DNA of 64,000 nt from Craspedostauros australis. Lineage: Eukaryota. The stretch is taken from positions 1 through 64,000 of the forward strand of contig JALAGF010000798.1 in the NCBI GenBank assembly GCA_030167865.1, given 5' to 3'. A program made the translations under genes and the position numbers. Of this stretch, positions 33,405 through 44,145 are shown piece by piece; the first letter of the stretch is position 1; every line of letters starts with the position of its first letter. A model generated the notes under the pieces. The model ran no database searches. It was not told where the DNA came from and worked only from the letters and a program-made list of their open reading frames with translations.

Positions 33405-36400
33405 ATGGCTCGTACTGGGACGAACATGCCAAGTGCGAGTAGAAAAGGAGGCAAAGGTGGCGACAGCCAGCAGCGACGCCATCGCCGGGCTCAAAATCCT
33501 GCGACCTCGTCGGCAGCAGCATCTGCATCAGCGTCATCTGCACGTCACACATCGGTGCCAGCGAAGGGGGCCATCCTAATCTTGCATGGCAATCGTCAGA
33601 CCGGACAGCTCTTCCTCGGGCGGATTGAACGCATCGTGAAGAGATTCCGCAAGGAGTTTGGATTGCGCTGTGTCGTCCCAGAAGCGCCGCATATGCATGA
33701 GGGCGATGGACCGCGTATGAAGGATCCGAACGAAGGGAAGTTGCAAACTTGGTGGCACCTCGATCTGAAATCCAACCAATACGTTGGGTTGGAAGACTCC
33801 TTGGATGCCATTCGTCAGTCGATCACGCAGCACGAGACGAACTCGACATCCGGCGGGAAGCAGAGCAATGAGAATGCACAATCTCGGCCACCGACATCCG
33901 TTCCCATCGTTGGGATTCTCGGATTCTCCCAAGGCGCTCGAATGGCTCATTTGTTGGCCTTGCTCCACTCTCGTTCACAAGCGGTTGTGCCGTTGTCTTC
34001 TGGGCCAGGTGCTGCCGCCCAGGAGCCGTCTGATTCTTACTGCTGGCTACCAGATTTACGGTTCTGCATATTCGTGTCTGGATATGACGCTCCACTTCCA
34101 TCGAACTTCCCAGTGCAGGGATCTGTCGAGAAGCAATCTGATATGATATCCGACAAGCTGTCATCTCTGCACGTGTATGGGACGCAGGATCCGTTGGTGA
34201 CTCCGGATCAATCCAAGGCCCTCCTCAAGCTGTACCCATCGAATGGATCGGCATCGAGCAGCGAACTCGCGGAATCGTCCGAAGGGACGGACCGCAAAAA
34301 GACGGCTGCCCTGCGACGAAGTCTGGAGCACGATGGTAAGCACTTTGTCCCGTCCAAAGCCTCGCACCTTGAGACTTACAGCAAGTTCATTGCAACGGTT
34401 TGCAAGCACGAAAGTACCGACGGTGCAGTCACTAATGTTCCGGAAAAGAAGACTTCACAGAACGATGCATCCACCAAAGCACCGTCGAGAGCGCAGTCAG
34501 CGCAGCCAAGTGCGATAGGAGGCACGAGAAACTCATTGGCGAGCAGCGCCGTTCCGCAAAACAAGACAAATCCTGCTGGGAGTGCCACATCAAGCGTCTC
34601 AGTGAGGGACGAGGATTCCACCAAAACCGCACCCCAACCACCGCCGCCACGTATCCCTCTATCAAAAAAGACCACGGCCAAGATCTCAGCCACAGTCACA
34701 GCCACAAGCAAGCCGGATGAAGAATCGCAGCAGATGCAACAGGACGAAGTCCAAGCATTGGAAGCAATCTACCCCGACGAATTCGAAATGATATCCACAA
34801 GGAAGGAGGTGGATTTTGACTTTGACTTTGACTTTCCAATCGCCTTCACGATCCAGCTCACGCCTGTGGATGATGGTGGAGCAGGCGCTGCCGCCACCGG
34901 TGATGACGACGATGGTGACAACAACTGGCCACCGCATAAGGTGAGTTTGCGTGTGGATTTCCCGCACAACTACCCCAACGAATCCCTCCCCCGCCTCAGT
35001 CTCAAGCACGACAACAACATCTACGAATTCCCATACCTGGTCCAAGAGCAAGTTGTCCTGGCTGCTGAACGTGCAGCTCAAGAAGAGCTGGGCATGCCAT
35101 GTGTCATGTCTTGCATTGAGGGCGCGAAGGAGTTCCTCGATGGACCCAAATGGGAGGCGGCCTCTCAACTACGCCTGGCCGTCAACACAAACGGTGAGGA
35201 ATTGGGACAGGGAGATGAACCCATGGGTGATGAACATGCAGCAGATGGTGAAACGGAAAAGGACGCACTCTCGGCTCAACAAGCTCCGACATCATCACTG
35301 TTGGCAAGGTCGCAACCGAAGGAAATAGCGAATGCCACAATCGAAGGATTGGACATTGCCAAGAGCATCTTGCAGCGGCATGCGAATTCTTCAAAGCACG
35401 ATGCCAAAACCAGCACCGAGAGTGTGAGCGTGGATGCAAGCGGAGCGGTGGGAAACACCGGTAGTGGTGGAGGAGGCGGAGGTGGGTCATTCTGGACATA
35501 TACGATCGGGTTGGTGGGAAAGCCCTCTGCTGGAAAGTCCACCTTTTTCAATGCTGCCACGGCTTTTGCAAGACAAACGGGGCACGATGATTCGAAATCT
35601 GCAGCAAAGCGAAAGGAGACAGCATCCGTCCTGAACATGGATGCGGATATGATGGCGGACATGATGGCAGAGGAGGCCTCGAAGCGATTGGGAGGTGCCA
35701 GCATGGCACCGCACCCATTCACCACGATCAACCCGAACGTGGGGTTCTGCCTCGTCCCTGCTCCGCTTGGTTCCTGTCCGGAGGACGATCTCCCCAACCA
35801 TGTCGAATCCAGAACCTATGGCTCCACGCATGGACGCACAGCGACCGGTCGCCGGTTTCTGCCCGTCCTACTCAAAGATGTCGCCGGTCTCGTGCCTGGA
35901 GCCTACAAGGGCAAGGGAAGGGGGAACCAATTCCTGAATGATCTGTGTGATTCACACGTCCTAATTCACGTGGTCGATGCCAGCGGTACAGCGGATGCGC
36001 AGGGCAACAGGACTGTGACAACGGAAGTTTCAGATCTCATGACTTCGAGCGCCAGCGGCAATAACGACCAGCGTGACGCTGACGAGGGGGACGAAGCGTC
36101 TGCAGATTACACCAACCCGCTCACTGACTTGGCCTGGATCAGAACGGAGCTTCTGCAGTGGGTCACGATGAACCTGATGGCGAAATGGGATACGGTTCAA
36201 CGCAAAGGGAGGATTAAGTTGGTCGGAATGCTCAGTGGGTATGGGCAGCCCCAAGCCACGACGCATGATGTCTGCGATGCTTTGGAACACTTTATGGAGG
36301 CCACATATCAACGCAGCAATGTGTTGGACAGCATTCCAGACTGGAACGAGGCCGATGTCCACCGATTTGTGAGTGCCTTCTTGGGTGTTCGCTTCCCAAT

Positions 36401-37136
36401 GGCCCTCGCCCTCAACAAATGCGACCTACCATCAAGCAAGAAATACATTGAAGATGTTACATCGAAACTGCCGATCCACGGCGCACATGTCGGAACTCCC
36501 ATGGTCGCCAAACAAGAAATGGGCTTCATCCGCAAACACTTGTTGAAACGATTGGAGACCCTAGAACAGGCCCGGGGTGGCACCGATGACCAATCCCACA
36601 AGCAATACATCGAACGCGGTAACAGCTCAGTGATCGACCTGGACGTTTGGCAATGTCTGACATCTGCAATTTCACTGAAGGAACCCATGCTCGTGTTCCC
36701 CGTGTCGAACTTCACCACGTTCGCCCCGATGGTCGGATTGAACCAGGTGGCAACGAATAGCCCGTCGTTGCCGAGCCCCGGAATGATAGCCTGCATCCAG
36801 GCATCGGGAGGTTGCCTGCCATCGCTCTGGGATCCCTCGAAGGAACGGTACGGCCTGGACAAGGATCGCGCGGAGGGAAAGGACAAGCAGCCACGTCGTG
36901 CCACGAAAGACGTCTCTCCGCTGCGGGATGTGCTGCTGATGAAGCCTGGGTCGACGGTCGAGGATGTGTTCCTCACACTGAAGAACTCAGGCGCCCTGAG
37001 CGGGGACTTCGTAAGGGCCGAGGCATGCGGCGGAGTGAGTAGAGAGAAGCCCAAGCCTGTTCCCAAACACACGATTTTAGGCCGTCACAATCGCATCATC
37101 AAAATCCAAACGACGAAGCGATCGCAGTGGCAGTAG
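33405..37136 (+). CDS. Fusion protein: FSH1/OVCA2-type serine hydrolase + RWD domain + OBG-family (Ygr210-like) GTPase with TGS-like C-terminus
   Basis: One 1243-codon ORF. Hydrolase: LILHGNRQTG, GILGFSQGA, HVYGTQD, HDGKHFVP. RWD: QDEVQALEAIYPDEF, FPHNYP, LGMPCV. GTPase: IGLVGKPSAGKSTFFNAAT, PFTTINPNVG, DVAGLVPGA, GRGNQFLNDL, IHVVDASG, ALNKCD. TGS-like: LRDVLLMKPGSTVEDVF. Confidence 0.88.
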   Translation: MARTGTNMPSASRKGGKGGDSQQRRHRRAQNPATSSAAASASASSARHTSVPAKGAILILHGNRQTGQLFLGRIERIVKRFRKEFGLRCVVPEAPHMHEGDGPRMKDPNEGKLQTWWHLDLKSNQYVGLEDSLDAIRQSITQHETNSTSGGKQSNENAQSRPPTSVPIVGILGFSQGARMAHLLALLHSRSQAVVPLSSGPGAAAQEPSDSYCWLPDLRFCIFVSGYDAPLPSNFPVQGSVEKQSDMISDKLSSLHVYGTQDPLVTPDQSKALLKLYPSNGSASSSELAESSEGTDRKKTAALRRSLEHDGKHFVPSKASHLETYSKFIATVCKHESTDGAVTNVPEKKTSQNDASTKAPSRAQSAQPSAIGGTRNSLASSAVPQNKTNPAGSATSSVSVRDEDSTKTAPQPPPPRIPLSKKTTAKISATVTATSKPDEESQQMQQDEVQALEAIYPDEFEMISTRKEVDFDFDFDFPIAFTIQLTPVDDGGAGAAATGDDDDGDNNWPPHKVSLRVDFPHNYPNESLPRLSLKHDNNIYEFPYLVQEQVVLAAERAAQEELGMPCVMSCIEGAKEFLDGPKWEAASQLRLAVNTNGEELGQGDEPMGDEHAADGETEKDALSAQQAPTSSLLARSQPKEIANATIEGLDIAKSILQRHANSSKHDAKTSTESVSVDASGAVGNTGSGGGGGGGSFWTYTIGLVGKPSAGKSTFFNAATAFARQTGHDDSKSAAKRKETASVLNMDADMMADMMAEEASKRLGGASMAPHPFTTINPNVGFCLVPAPLGSCPEDDLPNHVESRTYGSTHGRTATGRRFLPVLLKDVAGLVPGAYKGKGRGNQFLNDLCDSHVLIHVVDASGTADAQGNRTVTTEVSDLMTSSASGNNDQRDADEGDEASADYTNPLTDLAWIRTELLQWVTMNLMAKWDTVQRKGRIKLVGMLSGYGQPQATTHDVCDALEHFMEATYQRSNVLDSIPDWNEADVHRFVSAFLGVRFPMALALNKCDLPSSKKYIEDVTSKLPIHGAHVGTPMVAKQEMGFIRKHLLKRLETLEQARGGTDDQSHKQYIERGNSSVIDLDVWQCLTSAISLKEPMLVFPVSNFTTFAPMVGLNQVATNSPSLPSPGMIACIQASGGCLPSLWDPSKERYGLDKDRAEGKDKQPRRATKDVSPLRDVLLMKPGSTVEDVFLTLKNSGALSGDFVRAEACGGVSREKPKPVPKHTILGRHNRIIKIQTTKRSQWQ

Positions 37137-37844
37137 ACCATCTTGTTGCCATGGAAAGACGGAGAGAGGCCAATGTTGCAATGCAAATTAGAACGATACT
37201 GGTCTCGTCTGATCCCTCATTTATTGTAGTTGATCGACAAACGAAGCATCGACCATACTCGCACATTTTCGTAGATACAAATTGGAGAGCGACACTATTC
37301 TGCGCCACGGATACGACCTGGAGAGGCCGAAACGTAGCTCGCATAACACGTGCTTGTTCCTTTGAAACATGACAATACACCACATTGGAGAGTACGTACA
37401 GCCCTCGACGATGTCCTGTCCATCGTGATGTGAAAAGGCTGAACTATTCCTCGTATTATGGAGGTGGATGAAAGTCCACTCGCGCACAGGTTTCCAAATC
37501 TGACGTCCGACAGAAACACCCAAGTGAGAGAACCCAACATGGACGCAGCCACAGTCCAGCACACATACCTCAGATTCCGTACCCCCTCCATGTGTTCCAC
37601 ATGGAGTTGAAAGGAGGCGGAGAAAAGCGTCGCCGACGCAGTCGCAGCATAAGACCGACTAATCCTTGAGTTATTTATTTATTTATTCCTCGTATTATGG
37701 AATACAATGACTGTGTCAACTCCACCATAAAGGAAACTCTGTGTCCAGGGGATCGCGAAAGACGTCCGTGCTGATGGCTGAGTCAATCCTTGGCTGCCCG
37801 ATAGAAAGCAATACACCATGCTCGTGCTGAACGAAGAACTCCGC

Positions 37845-39758
37845 TCACTCCTCCTTGTCTTCTGATGCATGGTCTGTGTTGTCGTCTGCTGCCGCATTTC
37901 CGCTGCTGCTGTTTGCAGATGAATCGGTCGCCGCTGCTGCAGGTGGCGCAGACGGTGCTCCTGCGGGTGGCATCGGCGAGGAAAGCAGTTGATCCACTGC
38001 GCGGTTCAGGTTGCCAAAACTGGCTTGCAACGCTGCCAAGTTCGCCTGTTCGTCGTCAAAGCCCATGTTTCGCAGCTCCGCCAGCTGCGATCGGTACGTG
38101 TCGGCAGGATGCATGTTGGAGGGCGGCGTGGCTGAAGCGCCACCGCCGAATCCCGTCTGCATATTCTGGAACTGCTGCATCATGGAGCCGAAGTCGAGAG
38201 GGGCCATCCCGCCTGGAGCTGGGGCCGCGCGGTTGGCTTGATGACCGAGCAAAGTGCTGAAGTCAAGCGGTGGTGCGCCCGTTCCACCAACAGCTGGGGT
38301 CGTTGGCGATGCGCCCGTCCCGCCGAAGGATTGCTGGAGCTGCATCATGGTACGAAGGTTGTCGGGATTCATCATCTCACGGATCATGTTGTTGGCCATC
38401 TCCGGATTCTGCGCAAACATCTGTCGGAACATGGGGTTCTGCGCTTCCATCATGCTGCGGATCATGTCTGGATTTTGCTGCACCATGTTATCCATCATCT
38501 GACGCATCATGGGATTTTCGAGCATGTTCATCACCTGCTCCATTTGCTGAGGGGAACCAGGCATGCCATTCATGTCAGGCATCATGTTGGCCATGCCTGT
38601 TCCTGTTCCTGCCCCCGCTCCTGCCGCCCAAGGATTGAATGGTTGATTGGCCGCAGACGACGACGACGACGACGAAGGTGCCACGGCCTGCTGACCTGGA
38701 GCAGCGCCAGCTCCCATGCCGCCGTTGGCAATCGCGGCCCATGGATTTGCCATGGACATGCTGGGCATGTTCTGTGCAGATGGCCGCGATGGTGCTGATG
38801 CAGGGCTCGGGCTGCCCCACGGATTTGGCATGGCGGTGCCGCGTGCACCGTCGCCCTGAGTCTGAGAGGACTGATTGGCAGCGTTGCCGGAAGTTGCCGA
38901 TGCAGAGAAGGGCGACGATGACTGCGCCTCCATCATGGGTTCTTGGATGTCGCGGTACATGCTGGAAAGTGCCCGGAAGCCACCTGGGATATTCTCCAGC
39001 TGGGACATGGCCAGATCCTGCTGCCTCATCGCCTGCTGCATGGCGTTCGGGTTGCGCATCATCTGGATGGCCTGATCCAGCATGGCCGGGTCGTTCCACA
39101 TCTGTCGGATCTGCGGATTGCGATCCATGAGCTCCTGCATCTGCGGGTTGGATTGCATGGAGGACTGCAGCACGTTGCGCATGAGATCTGGATTGTCCAT
39201 GAGCGATTGCATCATGGGGGAGTTCATCATGCTCTGCATTTGCTCCGGAGATGGCATCTGTCCTGGCGTCATCATTGGCATGCCGAAGGGATTGGCCGAA
39301 TTAGCCGCATTGTTTGCATTGGCCCCAGCTCCTGTTCCTGCTCCTGCTCCTGATACTGCTGGCGATGACCATGGATTGGGAGCTGACGTGCCTGTTGCGG
39401 ACGGAGCATTCACAAATGCCGGCGCTTGCACTTGTGGCTGAGACTGCGCCGACGTTGTCGGCTGCGAATTAGACGCAGTGGACCCAGCAGGTGCGGCGGC
39501 CGACTGCGGCTTGCCAAGCACCAGGAAAACGGTAGCCTCATTGACGATGCCGTAGTCCGAAAGCTTGCGCTCGTCGTCGTCCAGAATCCGTCCCTTGTAC
39601 ACCAATCTCTGGCGGTTGGCTGGGCAGTCGAACTGGACGGCTGCGATAGCGTCCTTGAACTGAGGCACGAGACTGTCAGGAGAGATCTCAACCTCGAAGC
39701 ACTTCCCGCTCGAAAGGCGGATCTTCAGCTGCCACTTCTCGCTGCTTTCCGTTGTCAT
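37845..39758 (-). CDS. UBQLN: Ubiquilin/Dsk2 (UBL-STI1-UBA)
   Basis: UBL with RQRLVYKGRILDD; Met/Gln/Asn/Pro-rich STI1 repeats; SQLENIPGGFRAL and MPNPW motifs; UBA YRSQLAELRNMGFDDEQANLAALQASFGNLNRAVDQLL. Confidence 0.95.
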   Translation of the reverse strand: MTTESSEKWQLKIRLSSGKCFEVEISPDSLVPQFKDAIAAVQFDCPANRQRLVYKGRILDDDERKLSDYGIVNEATVFLVLGKPQSAAAPAGSTASNSQPTTSAQSQPQVQAPAFVNAPSATGTSAPNPWSSPAVSGAGAGTGAGANANNAANSANPFGMPMMTPGQMPSPEQMQSMMNSPMMQSLMDNPDLMRNVLQSSMQSNPQMQELMDRNPQIRQMWNDPAMLDQAIQMMRNPNAMQQAMRQQDLAMSQLENIPGGFRALSSMYRDIQEPMMEAQSSSPFSASATSGNAANQSSQTQGDGARGTAMPNPWGSPSPASAPSRPSAQNMPSMSMANPWAAIANGGMGAGAAPGQQAVAPSSSSSSSAANQPFNPWAAGAGAGTGTGMANMMPDMNGMPGSPQQMEQVMNMLENPMMRQMMDNMVQQNPDMIRSMMEAQNPMFRQMFAQNPEMANNMIREMMNPDNLRTMMQLQQSFGGTGASPTTPAVGGTGAPPLDFSTLLGHQANRAAPAPGGMAPLDFGSMMQQFQNMQTGFGGGASATPPSNMHPADTYRSQLAELRNMGFDDEQANLAALQASFGNLNRAVDQLLSSPMPPAGAPSAPPAAAATDSSANSSSGNAAADDNTDHASEDKEE

Positions 39759-40790
39759 TGTTGAGGTGATGGTATTGCGTGCACAAGACTCCTCTTCTCT
39801 GCTGGATGTAGGTACTCTACTCGTGAACCTCTTTGCGTCTCACGACGAACTTGCAGTTGTTGAGATTTACCTCTGTGAGCGTGTGAGCGTTCGAGTTTGT
39901 TGCAGATGCAGGAGTTCGTGTGTGACTCGGAAGACTCTCCAGATAGTATGCGTCTCACTCTGTAATGCGGGTTCTGTTGCTCCGGAGGTACACTATTCTA
40001 TTTTATAGTAATACTAGTCGTATACAATATGTGAAGAGATGGTGGAGTCGATGTGGTTGCCAACGGTGGTCCTCCGTTCCCTCTTCTGCCAAGTACTCGT
40101 ACCTCGTCCAATGAATGCAGACTTGGAGCGCAGAATAGTATGAGGACGCACATGGCGCGAGAGGGTGAATGTGCGCGCTTCTGCTGTCGATGTGGTTCGC
40201 TTGGGTTCGTGCTGTTTCTTTCAAACCTTTACAGTTGCGGTGAAATATACATTACAACGCGCTATTTAGAAACAAACAATGCGAAATAATTGGAGGCTTG
40301 ATATTAATTACCGGTACTCCTGACGACGAGACAACAATCATCGTCCTTCTTCGCTGCATTTCTGTACGGATAGATGCACTTACGTCTCCCTGGAGACAGC
40401 GAGATCGCTAAAGTACACCATGCAATGCCATGCAATCGTTTGTGTCATGAAACGTGTTGTTTATCGCGTTCTGCTGAAGAGCGCGTGTAGTAGCTGGCAA
40501 AGCAAGAGAATCGCATCGATCTACCATCTGCCAGCTATCTGCATGTTCCGGCGATCGCGAAACGATGCTTCTCCGCAGTTGCATCTTCATGGCTCAGGTG
40601 AAGTCCTCGGGGGGTCGACTGATGCGGCTGGGTCAACGCATGCGGCAAAGCGCGCAATCGGGGACCTTCATGCTCAAGCTTGGCGACAGCAAGGATAAAC
40701 CACCTTGAATATCGTCGTCGATAAGTGGTCGTACAGCGAACGCCACTAGGTATCCATCAACGGGGGGCTTGGGCTGTACTCGCATTGTGC

Positions 40791-42587
40791 TTAGGAATCC
40801 TTCTTCGGTGGAAGCTTCGTAATCTTGCCAATCGCGATGGTCTTTCCCTCCGTTCGCAGTGTGAAACGTCCCAAGAATGGCATACTTTGGAATGTGTCCA
40901 CTGGGACGGTTCGACCGAGCTCGATCATGCACACCACGCGCATGCCGATGTTCGCGAAGCGTGCGTTGTTGCCCTTGGCCACCTTGCCCTTCTTGTCGGT
41001 GGTTTCGAAGATCTTCACGATGGTGCACTCCTCCTCCACGCAGTGAGCATGGAAGATGGCCTGGAAGCCAGCTGTCATTATTCTCGTGTTCTCGGGCATT
41101 TCCACGACAGCCATTTGACAGATGATCTTGTCGACGGCTCTGCAGGCAGGCTGGGTGCAGATGACGAAGCCCTTCCTCACATCCTCCACGCCAGCTCCGT
41201 TGAGCTTGATGAGGACGTTTTCACCGGGTCGGGCTCCGGAAACAGGGTCTTCGTTCGCCCAAACTGCGTCGACCTTGTATTCGTTTCTCGTAGGCATCAG
41301 CATCACCTTCATTCCTGGCTTTACGACGCCGCTCTCCACCTTGCCCATGGCGATGGTGCCGCGATCGTTGTAGCGATCGAGCACAGGGATGCGGAGTGGG
41401 GCCTGTGCGTCGCGCCCGCCGATCTGCATCGAGTCCAGGAGTCCCAGCAATGTGGAGACGCTGGTGTTGTTCTCACCCTTCGTGTGTGATGGCTTCCACC
41501 AGGGGCAGACCGAAGCATCGACCTCGTCCTTGACGTTGGCTCCGCTCAAACCGGAAATCGGGATGAACTTGACTTCCTTCTTGATCGTGAATCCGCAGCT
41601 CTTCAGGAATGGCCGCAGCTTGGTGACGCACTCATCGTAACGCTCCTTGGACCAGTTCACGGTCGGGTCGTCCATCTTGTTGACGACCACGATGAGGTAG
41701 GAGACGCCGAGAGTCTTGGCGAGCATGGCGTGCTCTCGGGTCTGGCCACCACGGTCGAAGCCTGTCTCGAATTCTCCCTTACGTGCGGAGATCACGAGCA
41801 CCGCGATGTCGGCCTGGCTGGCACCCATGATCATGTTCGGCACGTAGTTCTTGTGACCTGGTGCATCCAGGATGGTGTAGCGCTTGTCCTTCGTTTCGAG
41901 GTGAGCCTTGCCGACCTCCACGGTCTTTCCCTTCGCGCGTTCCTCTTCATTCGTGTCCATGATGAATGCCAGGAACCAGGACTCGCGATTTCGCTCCTTG
42001 GCTTCGCGCTCGTACCTCTCGATGGTGCGCTTGTCGACGTTGTCGGTGAGGTAGAGGATGTTTCCAGAGAGCGTCGATTTTCCTGCATCGACATGCCCGA
42101 TGAAAACCAAGTTGAAATGCTCTCTCGGATCACCTTCAGTCAATGCGGCTGCGCTTTCTTCGAGCACAGGCCGGGCTGCTGGCTGTGGCGCGCTTTCAGG
42201 TTTGTCGCTCACCTTCAGCTTGTCGGTGGCTTCCTGCGCAAGGGATTCGTCCGCAGATGCCGCCGGCTCCTCTTGTGTCTGTTGTTGCGCCTCCAGCTCT
42301 GCCTCGTCGACGGTACCCAACAAGGCCTGCACCTCTGGATACTTGGAGAGGGAGTCTGGGTCGCTGATCATTTTCAATGCCTTCGTACGATCGCCTTCTG
42401 CAACCTTCAGTACGGCCTTCCAAAGAGGATCATTCTCATCGACCTGGTCGCTGTCATCTTTGGCGGGCACAGGTGCGGGTGCAGGAGCTGGCGCGGGAGC
42501 TGGGGCTGCCGCAGTGGGTGGCGTCCACGACTTGGCCGCCACCGATGGCTTCCATTCGCTTGCCTTGGGATCCATCATGTTGCTCAT
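40791..42587 (-). CDS. eRF3: Eukaryotic release factor 3 (eRF3/Sup35/GSPT)
   Basis: NLVFIGHVDAGKST, RESWFLAFIMDTNEEERAKGKTVEVG, LDAPGHKNYVPNMI, NKMDDPTVNWSKERY and the C-terminal GRFTLR motif. Confidence 0.96.
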   Translation of the reverse strand: MSNMMDPKASEWKPSVAAKSWTPPTAAAPAPAPAPAPAPVPAKDDSDQVDENDPLWKAVLKVAEGDRTKALKMISDPDSLSKYPEVQALLGTVDEAELEAQQQTQEEPAASADESLAQEATDKLKVSDKPESAPQPAARPVLEESAAALTEGDPREHFNLVFIGHVDAGKSTLSGNILYLTDNVDKRTIERYEREAKERNRESWFLAFIMDTNEEERAKGKTVEVGKAHLETKDKRYTILDAPGHKNYVPNMIMGASQADIAVLVISARKGEFETGFDRGGQTREHAMLAKTLGVSYLIVVVNKMDDPTVNWSKERYDECVTKLRPFLKSCGFTIKKEVKFIPISGLSGANVKDEVDASVCPWWKPSHTKGENNTSVSTLLGLLDSMQIGGRDAQAPLRIPVLDRYNDRGTIAMGKVESGVVKPGMKVMLMPTRNEYKVDAVWANEDPVSGARPGENVLIKLNGAGVEDVRKGFVICTQPACRAVDKIICQMAVVEMPENTRIMTAGFQAIFHAHCVEEECTIVKIFETTDKKGKVAKGNNARFANIGMRVVCMIELGRTVPVDTFQSMPFLGRFTLRTEGKTIAIGKITKLPPKKDS

Positions 42588-42989
42588 CTTTTATGGGATG
42601 CTTTTGAGTTCGAGTACGTGGTTATGCGGATTGGCACTTGTGCTGTTGTATCGCAGTCGTCGCGTTTGCAATTTGTGCTAGTGTTGGACCACCCTTGTTC
42701 TATTCCTTGGTCGATCTATAGTAGAATGCTCTAGAATGTATGCTGCTCTCAATGCCTGCTCGTGAAGGATGATACACACACGTAGATGCGTTGCTCAGAG
42801 CACAGGAGTACATAAAATGGTCGACAGCATTGCATGCAAGTGTGAGTAAGGTGAGATAATGCGCGGCGAGGTTGGAGGACAAGGAAGCAGAGTGGAGTAC
42901 TCTCTCTGGAGAAGATGATCATAGCTCGTATTTCCGCCACAGAGCCGAACAAGATCAGGCGAGATGTATCGGCGTGGCAGGGTTGTCAT

Positions 42990-42991
<2 letters not shown>

Positions 42992-43022
<31 letters not shown>
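42992..43022. repeat. (GA)15 microsatellite
   Basis: Directly visible. Confidence 0.95.
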
Positions 43023-43025
<3 letters not shown>

Positions 43026-44145
43026 CGATTCGCTCCAGAGACACTATGTCTTTCATCTGGCCGTTGCTCTTGTTCACGCACGCGAGGGGCGCGTGACGAA
43101 TGTCTCCGTCGGCAACTCGAATGATCCCCAATGCTCCATCCGCTAGTGCACAGCCATGTTGAAGTGGGCATCAGAAGATCAGAAGCTGCCGTGGGCATGC
43201 CATCCGCCATGGCATCAGATCACTGGATCGCGCTGAAAGGGTCTGGATCATCAGCGACACCGTTCATGCCCGGATGATCTGTTTGCATCTGTGCGCCGCT
43301 GCGTCTTCGCGTTTGACATAGCCGGACTCCCTGGAGAGCGCGTCCAATCCATGGGGCAGTCGTGCACCGCAGCATTGCTGACCCGAGCGTCACCGATTCG
43401 CCGACCCTGCAATCCACCCTGCCCCTTTCCTTGCTTTGCTCTCTTCCTCTGCGTTTTCCGTACCTTTCAGATAGAGTGACTGCGTTGATGGGAGTGAGAT
43501 GGTGGAAGTAGGAACCCTGGTACGAATAGCTGGTGGAGTACAGGGATGTACTCGGACGATGGGTCAACGACGGACCTCCTCAAGTGCGATGGGTGGTGCG
43601 AGCTGTCCTTCTTTTCTTGGTGCCTTTCGCGTGCAGCATCCAGAGTCCGATGCCGCGATCTGTCCGGTTGTTTTGCTGGTTTCTGTTCCTGTCGTCGCTC
43701 TCTTTCGCCCAAACGTCGCTGTTGTGTCGTGTCGTGTCGTGTCGTGTATTGACCGCCACACATTTCTTCGCACATGGAGTACCCTGTGATACTATCGATA
43801 CTTCCTTTTCTGGGTTCAAGATATACTAAGCATGATGTATATTCATAGAGTGCTCTTCCCTCGACCTTGTGGGTCACGAAATACCGACAAGATCCTGTCG
43901 ACGACACCACAACATGAAACAGAAGACAACGCGAACCGATCTTTTTTCTGGGGAGCAACACATCTTTGGTCGAGTGCTGGTCGTTCACAATCCGGCGCGT
44001 CGGAATGCCATTGAGTCGCCGTTGACCTATCGCACTTACCTATTGTCCTCGCACCACACATGCCCTACCTCGAGCATCCTCAACAGAGTTGACAGTCGCA
44101 CCACACCAAGGCCCAAACGCGAAAGGTCCACAACAGGCGAACAGG

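Noticed and set aside
41730-42734. 334-aa + strand ORF (and 40725..41489)
   Set aside because: Antisense to eRF3; no independent coding signal.
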